In this document: piece after piece, positions 11,571 to 20,967 of the stretch
Layout of the letters: every line of letters begins with the position of its first letter
How positions within the stretch are numbered: the first letter of the stretch is position 1
DNA from: Bacteroidota bacterium
Lineage (GTDB): Bacteria; Bacteroidota; Bacteroidia; JAADEI01
Length of the DNA: 64,000 bases
NCBI GenBank assembly: GCA_026992635.1
Contig: JALWYU010000040.1
Span: 1,920-65,919, forward strand
Direction: 5' to 3'
Translations under genes and position numbers: made by a program
The notes under the pieces: model-generated
What the model saw: the letters and a program-made list of their open reading frames with translations, nothing else
The model's database searches: none
Told to the model about the DNA's origin: nothing

Positions 11571-11598
11571 GAACAGACAACAAACCTTTTCCACAGAA

Positions 11599-12693
11599 TC
11601 AGAAACGTGGACTCCGCGACTGATACCGATCCTGCGCACCCAGAACGTACGAAAGCATCACCTCTAAGCCTCCACGAAACTTATTCACCTGACGCAACGG
11701 CGAAAGCGTAATATCATAAGAAACCGACAACACAAAATCCTGAATTTCATAGCGAATCACTGGATACAGCGCATCGCCAAACCGATAACCCACTCCTCCT
11801 CCTATGCTATGCCGCAAGCCCGATCCCCCACGCGGCTCCGAAAGCATATACCGAACCAGTGCCGACGCCACCATCTCCATATGCGGACCCTGCATCCAGA
11901 ACCACAAGCCCGGCAACACCGAAAACCGATCCGACAGCGAGTAACCCAGCTGACCATGAAAACCCCAGCGATACCACAATTTATCCCTTGCCACCTCCTG
12001 CTCAACTACAGAAATGTCCGGACGAAACGGGTGAAACACCGACAACCCCACCATATATCGCAATTGATCCGAAGGCGTGCCCATAAACGCCACACCAATC
12101 CCCATATCCACATACTGCGCACGACTGAACGTCTCATTAATCGGAAGATTCTCATCGTAACGAACACCATTCCACTGATCCGGAACACGCGCATCCTCCG
12201 CACGTAACCCACGAAACGTATACGCAAGCGCAATGCCCGCAGAAATCCGAGAACTCATACCCAGCGCCTTACTGTAACCACCCATCAACCGGATCTCCGT
12301 AGTTTGAAAGCCCAAATTCGTCTTGCCCGCCATATCATAGTAAACCAGCAAACCTGCCCCCGCATAATCCCCACGGCCAAACCGATCCTGCAAAAAGGGC
12401 ATATCCGCCGCAAAGGCAAATGTACTATAGGGCGCAGGAATCGCCCGCCACTGATCCTTATACGAAAGCGTAAACCGCGCCTTCCCGGGATGCGCACCCA
12501 CCACCGCTGGATTCACATAAATCGGCGCATCAAAGTACTGGGAAAAGTGCACGTCCTGACCACGAACCACCACTCCCCAGCCCATCCCCACCAACACCAC
12601 TGCCACACCAGAGGAAATGCCTCTCCGCAAACCACATGCAACCCGATTAACGCCCGCCATGATTCTTTGATTTGAACAGTTTTTGAAACCCAA
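11599..12693 (-). CDS. type IX secretion system membrane protein, PorP/SprF family
   Basis: A signal-like N-terminus is followed by GQDVHFSQYFDAPIYVNPA and KDQWRAIPAPYSTFAFAAD, characteristic of PorP/SprF. It lies directly downstream of a T9SS type-B cargo gene. The start may be the internal Met at 12660. Confidence 0.8.
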   Translation of the reverse strand: MGFKNCSNQRIMAGVNRVACGLRRGISSGVAVVLVGMGWGVVVRGQDVHFSQYFDAPIYVNPAVVGAHPGKARFTLSYKDQWRAIPAPYSTFAFAADMPFLQDRFGRGDYAGAGLLVYYDMAGKTNLGFQTTEIRLMGGYSKALGMSSRISAGIALAYTFRGLRAEDARVPDQWNGVRYDENLPINETFSRAQYVDMGIGVAFMGTPSDQLRYMVGLSVFHPFRPDISVVEQEVARDKLWYRWGFHGQLGYSLSDRFSVLPGLWFWMQGPHMEMVASALVRYMLSEPRGGSGLRHSIGGGVGYRFGDALYPVIRYEIQDFVLSVSYDITLSPLRQVNKFRGGLEVMLSYVLGAQDRYQSRSPRF

Positions 12694-12741
12694 CTGCTAC
12701 GCCCATTTATTCAACCGCCACAACCATTCAATTCTTTTCTT

Positions 12742-14097
12742 TTACCGCGTCAACACCAGATAACCCTGTGCAGTACCCTCCGTCCCATCCGTCAACTTGT
12801 ACCGAATATAGTAAGCATAGATGCCCGAATTGACCGGCTTGCCCTTATACGTGCCATCCCACTGCTGCTGCGCATCCGTTGTTTCAAAGATCTTGTTGCC
12901 CCACCGATCGTAAATAATGATGTGGATTTCCTCAATGGGACCAAACACCATCCAGTAGTCATTGTGCCCATCACCATTGGGCGAAAACAGATTCGGGATA
13001 TACAGCTCGGTGGGAATCTCCTTGGGAATCTGCGTATGCGCAATGGCAAACACATCCGTGCCCGGCGACGTATACCGAAATTGAAACACATTCTCTATGG
13101 ATGCCAGCAAGCCCGCTCCATAATACATGGGATCCAGCGAATCCGAGGCAAAGCTGCGGGTAGTCCAAGCAGGGGGCTGACCATCCACTAAGGCATTCCG
13201 GTCTAAACGCCAGTGCACAATCCCCGTCGGCGAAAACTCCGTAGAATCAAAAAAGACACGAAGAACGTCTTCACGATCCCCGCCAATCGCTCCCTTCGCA
13301 CGAATATACCAGCCATCAAACACCTGGCGAACCGTAGAATCCTGCCTGCCCCGATCATAACCATCCGTCGTGGGATCTACATCCACCAGCCGAACAAAAA
13401 ACGTATCCTGATTGGCGCCACCCGGCAAAGATTGCACTTCCACCTCTACAGGGCGGAACAAATCCTGATTATTCCCCACATCCGCCGCAGTAGACGCACC
13501 CACCGGAAACAAATACGTCTGACCCGGCGTAACCACCCGTGCAAAATACCCCTTCTTCGTATTGGCAGACGACGCCGCAACCAGACCCTCATTCACTGCA
13601 CCCGTGTATGGCGCACTCGTCGCACCCACACGCATCAACGACGCCGGATCACTGTTCAGCAAATAGAACACATGCGTGTCCACATAAAGAATCTCGTCAT
13701 TGAGATTCAGCGTGTTCGCTACATACGCATCTACACCCTTCAAAGCTTTCACCGTATTGCCATTGCCATCTAACACCAAATCGTAAAACGTCGTCGGAAA
13801 CTGCCCCGTAATAAACTGCGTATTATCCGCAGACAGATACACCACACCCGTTCCCGTTAATGCCGTCGGACTGGCATCATTAATCCAGTCTTCCGTACCC
13901 GCTCCCGAGTGCGTCGTTACATACAGCTGACCATCATTGTTGATGGTCCCCCCATTCTTGATCCACACACCTCCCTTCACGTAAAACACAGCCCCCTGCG
14001 TAATCTCAATGTGCGTGCCATTATTGGTCACCATGACCTGTGCGTACACACCACTGGCAAGGGATGCCACAACCCCCGCAATGACTACCCGCTTCAT
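12742..14097 (-). CDS. secreted protein with T9SS type-B (gliding-motility-associated, CHU_C) C-terminal sorting domain
   Basis: Signal peptide MKRVVIAGVVASLASGVYAQ. C-terminus IPNLFSPNGDGHNDYWMVFG...IYDRWGNKIFET...WDGTYKGKPVNSGIYAYYI. Confidence 0.8.
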   Translation of the reverse strand: MKRVVIAGVVASLASGVYAQVMVTNNGTHIEITQGAVFYVKGGVWIKNGGTINNDGQLYVTTHSGAGTEDWINDASPTALTGTGVVYLSADNTQFITGQFPTTFYDLVLDGNGNTVKALKGVDAYVANTLNLNDEILYVDTHVFYLLNSDPASLMRVGATSAPYTGAVNEGLVAASSANTKKGYFARVVTPGQTYLFPVGASTAADVGNNQDLFRPVEVEVQSLPGGANQDTFFVRLVDVDPTTDGYDRGRQDSTVRQVFDGWYIRAKGAIGGDREDVLRVFFDSTEFSPTGIVHWRLDRNALVDGQPPAWTTRSFASDSLDPMYYGAGLLASIENVFQFRYTSPGTDVFAIAHTQIPKEIPTELYIPNLFSPNGDGHNDYWMVFGPIEEIHIIIYDRWGNKIFETTDAQQQWDGTYKGKPVNSGIYAYYIRYKLTDGTEGTAQGYLVLTR

Positions 14098-14373
14098 GGC
14101 TCACGCGTTTTTCAAGTTTGCCCGCTCACTTTGTTTCCCTGACAACCTCAGCTTTACAACCAATTCAACAACCTGCCACCTCCCACGGCAGTTTTTGTTA
14201 TATAAGATAGGGTAGCCCGGAAAAACAAAATGCAAATTTTTGACACCCCCTCTCCACACAAATTTTTGACCATCCCGTCCCCAATTGAACGACAACCGCC
14301 TCCAAAACAGCACATTGCACCACCTCCAAAAATTTCTACTTCGCCTGCAAAGCGGAAAGTTTACACTACCCAC

Positions 14374-14841
14374 CTACCAGCCCTCCGTACGTTGCCTCGC
14401 CGAATAATTCACCTTTAACGCATTGGCTTTGCGCAACTCCTGCTTCACATCCGTAACAATCCCCATCCGCACACCCGTATCCACACGCAACGAAACCGTC
14501 ATATACGGACGCAACTTCTCAGGCAACTGACTGCGCTCATTCTCTACAAACAATCCTACATCCTCCACCGTAGCAATCACATCGTTGAGCTGAATCCTCG
14601 GCGCCGTGCCAAACTTCGCCTGGTACTGCGGCAACGGCGGACCAATATAAATGTAACTCACCAGCGACTTCTTCTCCAGCTTTTGCAATTCCGTCGCCTG
14701 AGGCACCACCACCTTCACCTTCAAGTCCGTCTCTCGCAACACCGTCGCCACCATAAAGAAAAACAACAGCATGAAAATAATGTCCGGCAACGACGCCGTG
14801 GAAATCTTCGGCACCTCCCGCTTCCTCTTCTTCCGAAGCAT
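14374..14841 (-). CDS. exbD: biopolymer transport protein ExbD/TolR
   Basis: 155 aa. N-terminal TM LPDIIFMLLFFFMVATVL followed by a periplasmic domain. Confidence 0.85.
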   Translation of the reverse strand: MLRKKRKREVPKISTASLPDIIFMLLFFFMVATVLRETDLKVKVVVPQATELQKLEKKSLVSYIYIGPPLPQYQAKFGTAPRIQLNDVIATVEDVGLFVENERSQLPEKLRPYMTVSLRVDTGVRMGIVTDVKQELRKANALKVNYSARQRTEGW

Positions 14842-14851
14842 CCCTGCAGAT

Positions 14852-15433
14852 TTACCGCGTTAAGCGTTCGCCCACCGCCTCCGGCTCCGCCTCCGAAATC
14901 CGAATCGGGTACATCTTCCGAATCTCCTTCTGCTGCTCAGGCGTTAATTCCGCAAACGGCTTGCCAAACCGCTCACGCGCCGCCTCATCCCGCAACTCAT
15001 TATACGCACGGCGCAACTCATTGTACACCGTGATATACGTCTGATAATTGGTGCCCCGATCCGTCTTCAACGAAATCACCGCCTTCTGCGGAGACTCCGC
15101 TAAATCCTTCCGACCATGCGGATTGGCAATAAACTCCTTCGCAATATCCTTCAACTGACGCACATCCGTCCGCTCACCCTCAACCAGCAACTCATTCTTC
15201 GCATTGACCAGAACCGTCAGCACATTCCGATCCTCCACCTTCACATCAATAATCTGCTCCGGCGAATCTGGCCACGGCGGCAACTTCACCAAAATCCCCT
15301 TGTCTATGTTCATGGTCGTCACAAGCAAAAAGAAGATAAGCAACAAAAACGCAATATCCGCCATAGACGCCGCATTGATCTCCGGCATAGGACGCTCACG
15401 CTTGACCAGCGGCATGACACACACCCTTTTCAC
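14852..15433 (-). CDS. exbD: biopolymer transport protein ExbD/TolR (second copy)
   Basis: INAASMADIAFLLLIFFLLVTTM followed by a periplasmic domain. The start may be the Met at 15415. Confidence 0.85.
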   Translation of the reverse strand: MKRVCVMPLVKRERPMPEINAASMADIAFLLLIFFLLVTTMNIDKGILVKLPPWPDSPEQIIDVKVEDRNVLTVLVNAKNELLVEGERTDVRQLKDIAKEFIANPHGRKDLAESPQKAVISLKTDRGTNYQTYITVYNELRRAYNELRDEAARERFGKPFAELTPEQQKEIRKMYPIRISEAEPEAVGERLTR

Positions 15434-15765
15434 CGAATAAGCCGATACACCTCACTACCCACAACCGCCAAAACCGTCAAACCGCCAAGAATATACGTCG
15501 TGCGGAGCAATGCACCTGCCCACCGAACAACCTCTACATTCCCCCCAACCTGATCAACCAGATAAGCAGGCTGCGTAGAGGGCTCCAGCAAATACCCAAG
15601 CCCAACCAGCAAACCCAGCACAGCAACCCCTCCAACCTTATACAGAAACTGCCGATAATCGCGTATCGCTTCCATCACCAGCGAAAACACAATACTGGCA
15701 ATGCCCAGCAACAACAATACCTCCGCAATCCGAATCAGAACATCCGCAACTTTCTTCGTGTCCAT
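15430..15765 (-). CDS. small integral membrane protein (3 predicted TM) between exbB and exbD
   Basis: 111 aa with three hydrophobic segments. It is tightly packed in the exbB-exbD operon. Confidence 0.5.
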   Translation of the reverse strand: MDTKKVADVLIRIAEVLLLLGIASIVFSLVMEAIRDYRQFLYKVGGVAVLGLLVGLGYLLEPSTQPAYLVDQVGGNVEVVRWAGALLRTTYILGGLTVLAVVGSEVYRLIR

Positions 15766-15787
15766 GACATCCGTTTTTTAAAAAAGG

Positions 15788-16600
15788 TCACTCGCCAGAC
15801 TTGCCCAGCCGATAACGAATCACCATATCCATCACGCCCGTCGCGGCACTCTCCATCGCACTGACCAGCTCGTCAATCCGGGACAAAATGTAGTTGTAAA
15901 AGACCTGCAAAATAATTGCAATAATCAAACCCAGCAATGTCGTGAGTAGCGCAACCTTAATCCCACCCGCAACCAGTGCCGGCGAAATATCCCCCGCCTT
16001 CTGAATCGCATCAAACGCCTGAATCATACCAATGACCGTACCCATAAATCCCAGCATCGGCGCAATCGCAATAAACAGCGAAATCCACGGAAGATTCCGC
16101 TCTAAGCGCGTAACCGCCACCGACGCCTGCGCATGCAAAGTCTTCTCCACAATATCCGCACCCTCGTGAATGCGTTTCAACGCCTCCCGAACAATCCGTG
16201 CCACCAAACCCGGAATCCGCTCACACGCCTCTATCGCACCTTCTACATCCCGCTCCGCCAAGTACCCATCAATCGTAACCAGCAACTTGCGAACGTTCCC
16301 CGTGGCAAACGACAACGTAATAATCCGCTCAATCGCAAACGCCAACCCAAAAATCAACGTCAGCAACGTAATACCCATAAAGGTTGCACCCCCCTCCAGA
16401 AAATACCGCTTCAGCAACTCATGAAAGCCTTCTTCACCTCCAGATTGCCCCTCCCCTCCAGGCACCTGCGCCCACAACAAACCATCTACGCCCAGCACCA
16501 AATACCCCACCACAACCACAAAAAACAACCCACACAGCCGACTTACAGAACCACCAGCCCAAAAACACCGCACACAACCCAATCTACCACTCACCTGCAT
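15788..16600 (-). CDS. exbB: MotA/TolQ/ExbB proton-channel protein
   Basis: FMGITLLTLIFGLAFAIERI and LFIAIAPMLGFMGTVIGMIQAF...ALLTTLLGLIIAI are present. The ATG at 16600 was chosen; the ORF extension to 16924 lacks family features. Confidence 0.85.
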   Translation of the reverse strand: MQVSGRLGCVRCFWAGGSVSRLCGLFFVVVVGYLVLGVDGLLWAQVPGGEGQSGGEEGFHELLKRYFLEGGATFMGITLLTLIFGLAFAIERIITLSFATGNVRKLLVTIDGYLAERDVEGAIEACERIPGLVARIVREALKRIHEGADIVEKTLHAQASVAVTRLERNLPWISLFIAIAPMLGFMGTVIGMIQAFDAIQKAGDISPALVAGGIKVALLTTLLGLIIAIILQVFYNYILSRIDELVSAMESAATGVMDMVIRYRLGKSGE

Positions 16601-16802
16601 TTCTGTACCTTTTTCTTTTTCCACAAGGAAAACCCCTTTGCCCCCAAAAGAGTTCCCAAACCAATTTCCTGATTCAACAGAGGAACGCTTCCCAATCATC
16701 AAGGTATCGCATCCCGACGATACATTATTAGCAAAAATGGGTGGGCACCGTACACCGCTCAACCCCTCAGCACACAAACAACCACACCCCCCTGAATCCC
16801 CT

Positions 16803-19800
16803 ATGACCACACACCCATTATGGTTACTGGCAATCACTATCCTTATCCCTGGACTTGCTCTGTCCACCGCCTTTTCCCAAACCGCACACTCACCATGCTG
16901 GAACCCACTTCGCCCACCCAACACCTACCGATCGCCATGCAACCCCCACTACTGGAAAAACCGAAAACCCTACCCCAGCTACTGGCAACAGGACGTCTAC
17001 TACCAGATTGACGCAACACTGAACACAGACAGCCACTGGATCAACGGGCATCTCACACTCATCTACTGGAACAACTCGCCCGACACCCTCCACTTCGTCT
17101 ACTTCCACCTCTATCAAAACGCTTTTCAGCCCGAATCCTACTACTCAGACCTGGTCCGCGCACAGCGCATTCCCCACCAGTTCGGAAAGTACGAAAAACG
17201 AAAACTGGGAACTACCGTCAGCAACCTGCACGTCAACGGCAAAAAACCCCCTCGCATCACCATAGACAACACCATCATGCGTGTAGACCTGCCCCACCCA
17301 CTCTACCCCGGCGACTCCGCAACCTTCACCATGCACTTCCGAACCTACTTTGACGACGGCGGATCACTCCGTCGCCGAATGAAAATGTACGACATCTGGA
17401 TGCGAAAACCCTCCGGCGAACTGTACAAAGTCAAACACTACAACGGAGTGCACTGGTACCCGCGCATCAGCGTCTATGACCGACGCTTCGGATGGACCAC
17501 AGACCAGCACCTGGACAAAGAATTCTATGGCGACTTCGGTACCTTCAACGTACGACTTACACTCCCCGCCTGCTACATCGTAGAAGCGACCGGCTACCTC
17601 CTCAACAGAAACGAAGTCCTCCCCGACTCACTGTTCCAGAAACTGCGCTTAGAACGATTCCGAAACAAACCCTGGGGAGAACCCAACACAGAAATCATAC
17701 CCTGCAACCGGCAAACCAAAACCTGGTGGTTCTACGCAGAAAACGTCCACGACTTCTCCTGGACCGCAAGCCCCGCCTACCGAATTGACACCACATCCTG
17801 GAACGGAATCCAGTGTATCGCCTTAGCAGAAGAAAGCCATGCTCGCGGCTGGCAAAACGTCGCAGAGTTCACCTGCCGCGTCGTACAAACCTACGTCCAG
17901 GACTTCGGACCCTACATCTGGCACAAGATCGTGGTTGCCGACGCCCGAGACGGCATGGAATACCCCATGATCACACTCTGCACAGGCGCTGAACCCGGCA
18001 ACTACGGACTCATCGCACACGAAGTCGGACACATGTGGTTTTTCGGACACATCGGCAACAACGAAACCTACCGCGCATTCTTAGACGAAGGCTTCACCCA
18101 ATTCCTCACAGCCTGGGCACTGGAAAAAAATGGCTACCGAATCCAGGCGTGGGGCACCCCCTTCCAGCGACGATTCCGGACACCACTCTATGCCCGAGAC
18201 CTCCGCATCTACTTAGGCTACTTACGCGACGCACAGTGGGGACGAGACGTGCCCATCGCTCAGCATTCCACCTACTTCCATAACGCCTACCGACACGGCG
18301 GCGGCTACCGACACGTATACTACAAAACCGCCGCAATGCTCAGCCACCTCCGATACATCCTTGGCGACTCACTCTTCCTCCGCGCTATCCAGCACTACTA
18401 CCGGAAATGGTACCTGTGCCACCCCTACGAAGAAGATTTCCGATACGCACTCCGTGAAGCCACACACATGGACCTCAACCTCCTCCTGGACGCCTACCTC
18501 CACAGCACACAATGGCTGGATTACAGGATCACCGCAATCCGACAACGCCCACTTCCCAATGGCCAGTACGCAGTCCAGATCCGGTTGAAACGCCACGGCA
18601 CAATGTCCTCACCCCTCCACCTCTACCTGTTCAGCAAAGACAGCCTGATCCGACACTGGTACATCCCTGACCACTGGGGCTCAGCCCAAACCAGCCTCAC
18701 TGCCCAAATCGCCAAACCCTGGTACGGATGGGGCGAATGGTTCCGACGACACTATACACTGACCGATACACTGCCCACACGCATCACACGCGCTACCTTA
18801 GACACAGGCTACTGGATGCCAGACGTGTACTTCCCCGATAACCACCTGCCCCGAGCACGACACCTCACCTGGGATATCGGCGTCTCGCCCCTCCCCACAT
18901 GGCGCCACCAGACAATACTCATCCGACCCGCACTCTGGCTGAACGCCACCGATGGCTGGCAAACCGGCATCGCACTCCACTCCACCTACATGGGCTATCG
19001 CAACGAATGGATACTGCGCGTACGATTTGCCTGGCGATGGGCTCTCCCCGCCATCCTGCCCGCAACCCCCTTCCGAAACCAACCCGCCACAACCGAACAA
19101 CCCTTTCCACCCCGACCAGCCTTACCCATCAATGGCTGGTTCCAGTGGCAATACCCCTTAGAACGAATCCTCCCCGAAAGTCGCCTACGACTGATCCTCA
19201 TTGCCCAGCACGGCGCACTCGCAACCCGACTAAGCTATCGCTTCCGACTCAAACACGCCTACGTCCGGGACCACCACTGGATTGAAATAGCGCTCCTCAA
19301 CTGGTACTTCCACGACACGAAACCCTACCGGTGGCAACCCTGGCTCTGGTCCCTGCCCGAAAGACTATGGCAGGTCTTAGCAGGCGCCTCCTGGGCCGCA
19401 CGCTGGCGAATCCCCGTACGCGGACAATCCGCCTCTTCACACCTCCAGATCTACTCCAGCCTGTGGACACAACCCTACGCCTACACACGCCTGTGGATGG
19501 TCCACCAGTGGCGCTGGTCCTTGCCTCAAGTGCTGATGGAGGCATACTGGCGAACTGGCTGGCTATGGGGGGTCCGACCCCTCCCATTCTTTGCGTTTGG
19601 TGCAACCGGCGGACCCTGGCGCTGGTGGCGCGACCCCCTCGGCGGCGCACCCGGCTGGCTGCCTCACCCCGCCTCCGACCCAAGACCCTCTCCCAAACTG
19701 GCAGGGTATCGGGTTCCCGGGGACTTCAATTTCTTCAGCCTGTCCACCGACGGACCACGCCTCCTCACAGGAGCAACCACAGGTTCCATCCAGATTGAAT

Positions 19801-20093
19801 TATTCCGGTGGACACGCCGCTGGCTGCCCCGATGGCGTGCCGGCAGACTCCGGCTCTTCGCCTACGCACAGGGTGGCTGGATTCACGAATACGGCACACC
19901 TCCAGGATATTTAACAGGAGCTTGGGAAACTGGACTGGGTATGCAAGTACAAATATGGCGGATTGGTGCCCTCAATGGAATCGCTCCAGTTAAGTTGAAT
20001 ACCTGGCTGGCAATAGCCGGTTCAGAAGTCCATCCGCGTACACCAGCATTATTCTGGTCCCTTCAATTTACCCGGTTACCCGAACTCTGGTAG
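16803..20093 (+). CDS. M1-family zinc metallopeptidase fused to a long Trp/Arg-rich C-terminal region with an Omp85-like terminal motif
   Basis: Signal peptide MTTHPLWLLAITILIPGLALSTAFSQ (ATG at 16803). Gluzincin motif HEVGHMWFFGHIGNNETYRAFLDEGF (HEXXH-X18-E). C-terminus RLFAYAQGGW...ETGLGMQVQIWRIG...VKLNTWLAIAG...LFWSLQFTRLPELW. Confidence 0.75.
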   Translation: MTTHPLWLLAITILIPGLALSTAFSQTAHSPCWNPLRPPNTYRSPCNPHYWKNRKPYPSYWQQDVYYQIDATLNTDSHWINGHLTLIYWNNSPDTLHFVYFHLYQNAFQPESYYSDLVRAQRIPHQFGKYEKRKLGTTVSNLHVNGKKPPRITIDNTIMRVDLPHPLYPGDSATFTMHFRTYFDDGGSLRRRMKMYDIWMRKPSGELYKVKHYNGVHWYPRISVYDRRFGWTTDQHLDKEFYGDFGTFNVRLTLPACYIVEATGYLLNRNEVLPDSLFQKLRLERFRNKPWGEPNTEIIPCNRQTKTWWFYAENVHDFSWTASPAYRIDTTSWNGIQCIALAEESHARGWQNVAEFTCRVVQTYVQDFGPYIWHKIVVADARDGMEYPMITLCTGAEPGNYGLIAHEVGHMWFFGHIGNNETYRAFLDEGFTQFLTAWALEKNGYRIQAWGTPFQRRFRTPLYARDLRIYLGYLRDAQWGRDVPIAQHSTYFHNAYRHGGGYRHVYYKTAAMLSHLRYILGDSLFLRAIQHYYRKWYLCHPYEEDFRYALREATHMDLNLLLDAYLHSTQWLDYRITAIRQRPLPNGQYAVQIRLKRHGTMSSPLHLYLFSKDSLIRHWYIPDHWGSAQTSLTAQIAKPWYGWGEWFRRHYTLTDTLPTRITRATLDTGYWMPDVYFPDNHLPRARHLTWDIGVSPLPTWRHQTILIRPALWLNATDGWQTGIALHSTYMGYRNEWILRVRFAWRWALPAILPATPFRNQPATTEQPFPPRPALPINGWFQWQYPLERILPESRLRLILIAQHGALATRLSYRFRLKHAYVRDHHWIEIALLNWYFHDTKPYRWQPWLWSLPERLWQVLAGASWAARWRIPVRGQSASSHLQIYSSLWTQPYAYTRLWMVHQWRWSLPQVLMEAYWRTGWLWGVRPLPFFAFGATGGPWRWWRDPLGGAPGWLPHPASDPRPSPKLAGYRVPGDFNFFSLSTDGPRLLTGATTGSIQIELFRWTRRWLPRWRAGRLRLFAYAQGGWIHEYGTPPGYLTGAWETGLGMQVQIWRIGALNGIAPVKLNTWLAIAGSEVHPRTPALFWSLQFTRLPELW

Positions 20094-20116
20094 TCTTCCA
20101 ATCCTCAGCCACATAG

Positions 20117-20473
20117 ATGCTGGGACAGGACCGAAACCGAATCCTGCACTTCAAGCGCTTACTGGACACCGCCCATCAACAATGGACCGCAACGCGTGAG
20201 CAGATCCAGCAACTGATCATTCAGTATCAGGCAATGCGCCGACAAATCGCAGAGATGCGTTCCTGGCTCCAGGAAATGGTCGTCCATCAGCGGATCCCTG
20301 AAGCGGAGCGGCAAGCACTTCACCAATCTATTCTTCAGGCAATCCAGTATATCCAGGAGATTCGCCGTACACTTATGAACTGGCTGGAAATCAACGCAAT
20401 TCTGGAGAACGACCGACCAGAAACGAACACAAACCCCACTCAGCAGGATAAGGATACCGCTTCCAATTCGTAA
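20117..20473 (+). CDS. hypothetical helical/coiled-coil protein
   Basis: 118 aa. The sequence is heptad-like and Gln/Glu/Arg-rich. It is the first gene of a tightly packed set ending in recQ. Confidence 0.45.
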   Translation: MLGQDRNRILHFKRLLDTAHQQWTATREQIQQLIIQYQAMRRQIAEMRSWLQEMVVHQRIPEAERQALHQSILQAIQYIQEIRRTLMNWLEINAILENDRPETNTNPTQQDKDTASNS

Positions 20474-20484
20474 GTGCACTGCAC

Positions 20485-20967
20485 TTGGCACAAGCCCTCA
20501 ACCCTGCTCCACCCGGAAAAGGGAACCTTCGCCAGCCCCCCCTCCCGTTCATTACCAGAAAAATCCTCCTGTTCATGGTGGACAAACCCAACGTATTCCG
20601 CGCAACCGTGGGCAACATACTCCTGGAAGCACAAATCCCGGAAGCCAAAGCACGCCTCATCTGGGAACAAGCGTATTATCAACTGCGAGAATACATCCGG
20701 CAAGTCCAGGCACAATATCCCCATCTGGATGCCGAACAGGCACTGTTATACGTGGCACTTTTGCTCACGGAAGAAGTGAATCAATGGCGTCAACTCAGTG
20801 AAACAATGGAACAATATGTGCAACAATGGCAGGAAGAATGGCAAGCCCTACAACAAGCCTGCCGCAACGCACTGATTCCAGACAAGGAACCAGACCTGCC
20901 CAACACAGCCCCAGCCCAAACATCTCAAAAATACCCAACAAAAGCAAAGCGCAGGACTAAACACTGA
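20485..20967 (+). CDS. hypothetical helical protein (start TTG at 20485 or ATG at 20575)
   Basis: 160 aa. Its stop overlaps the recQ start (TGATG at 20965-20969). Confidence 0.45.
   Translation: MAQALNPAPPGKGNLRQPPLPFITRKILLFMVDKPNVFRATVGNILLEAQIPEAKARLIWEQAYYQLREYIRQVQAQYPHLDAEQALLYVALLLTEEVNQWRQLSETMEQYVQQWQEEWQALQQACRNALIPDKEPDLPNTAPAQTSQKYPTKAKRRTKH

Noticed and set aside
16601-16924. N-terminal extensions of exbB (to 16924) and of the M1 fusion gene (from 16638)
   Set aside because: The two extensions overlap each other divergently. Internal ATGs at 16600 and 16803 give proper N-termini (a TM or signal peptide) and leave a divergent promoter region.
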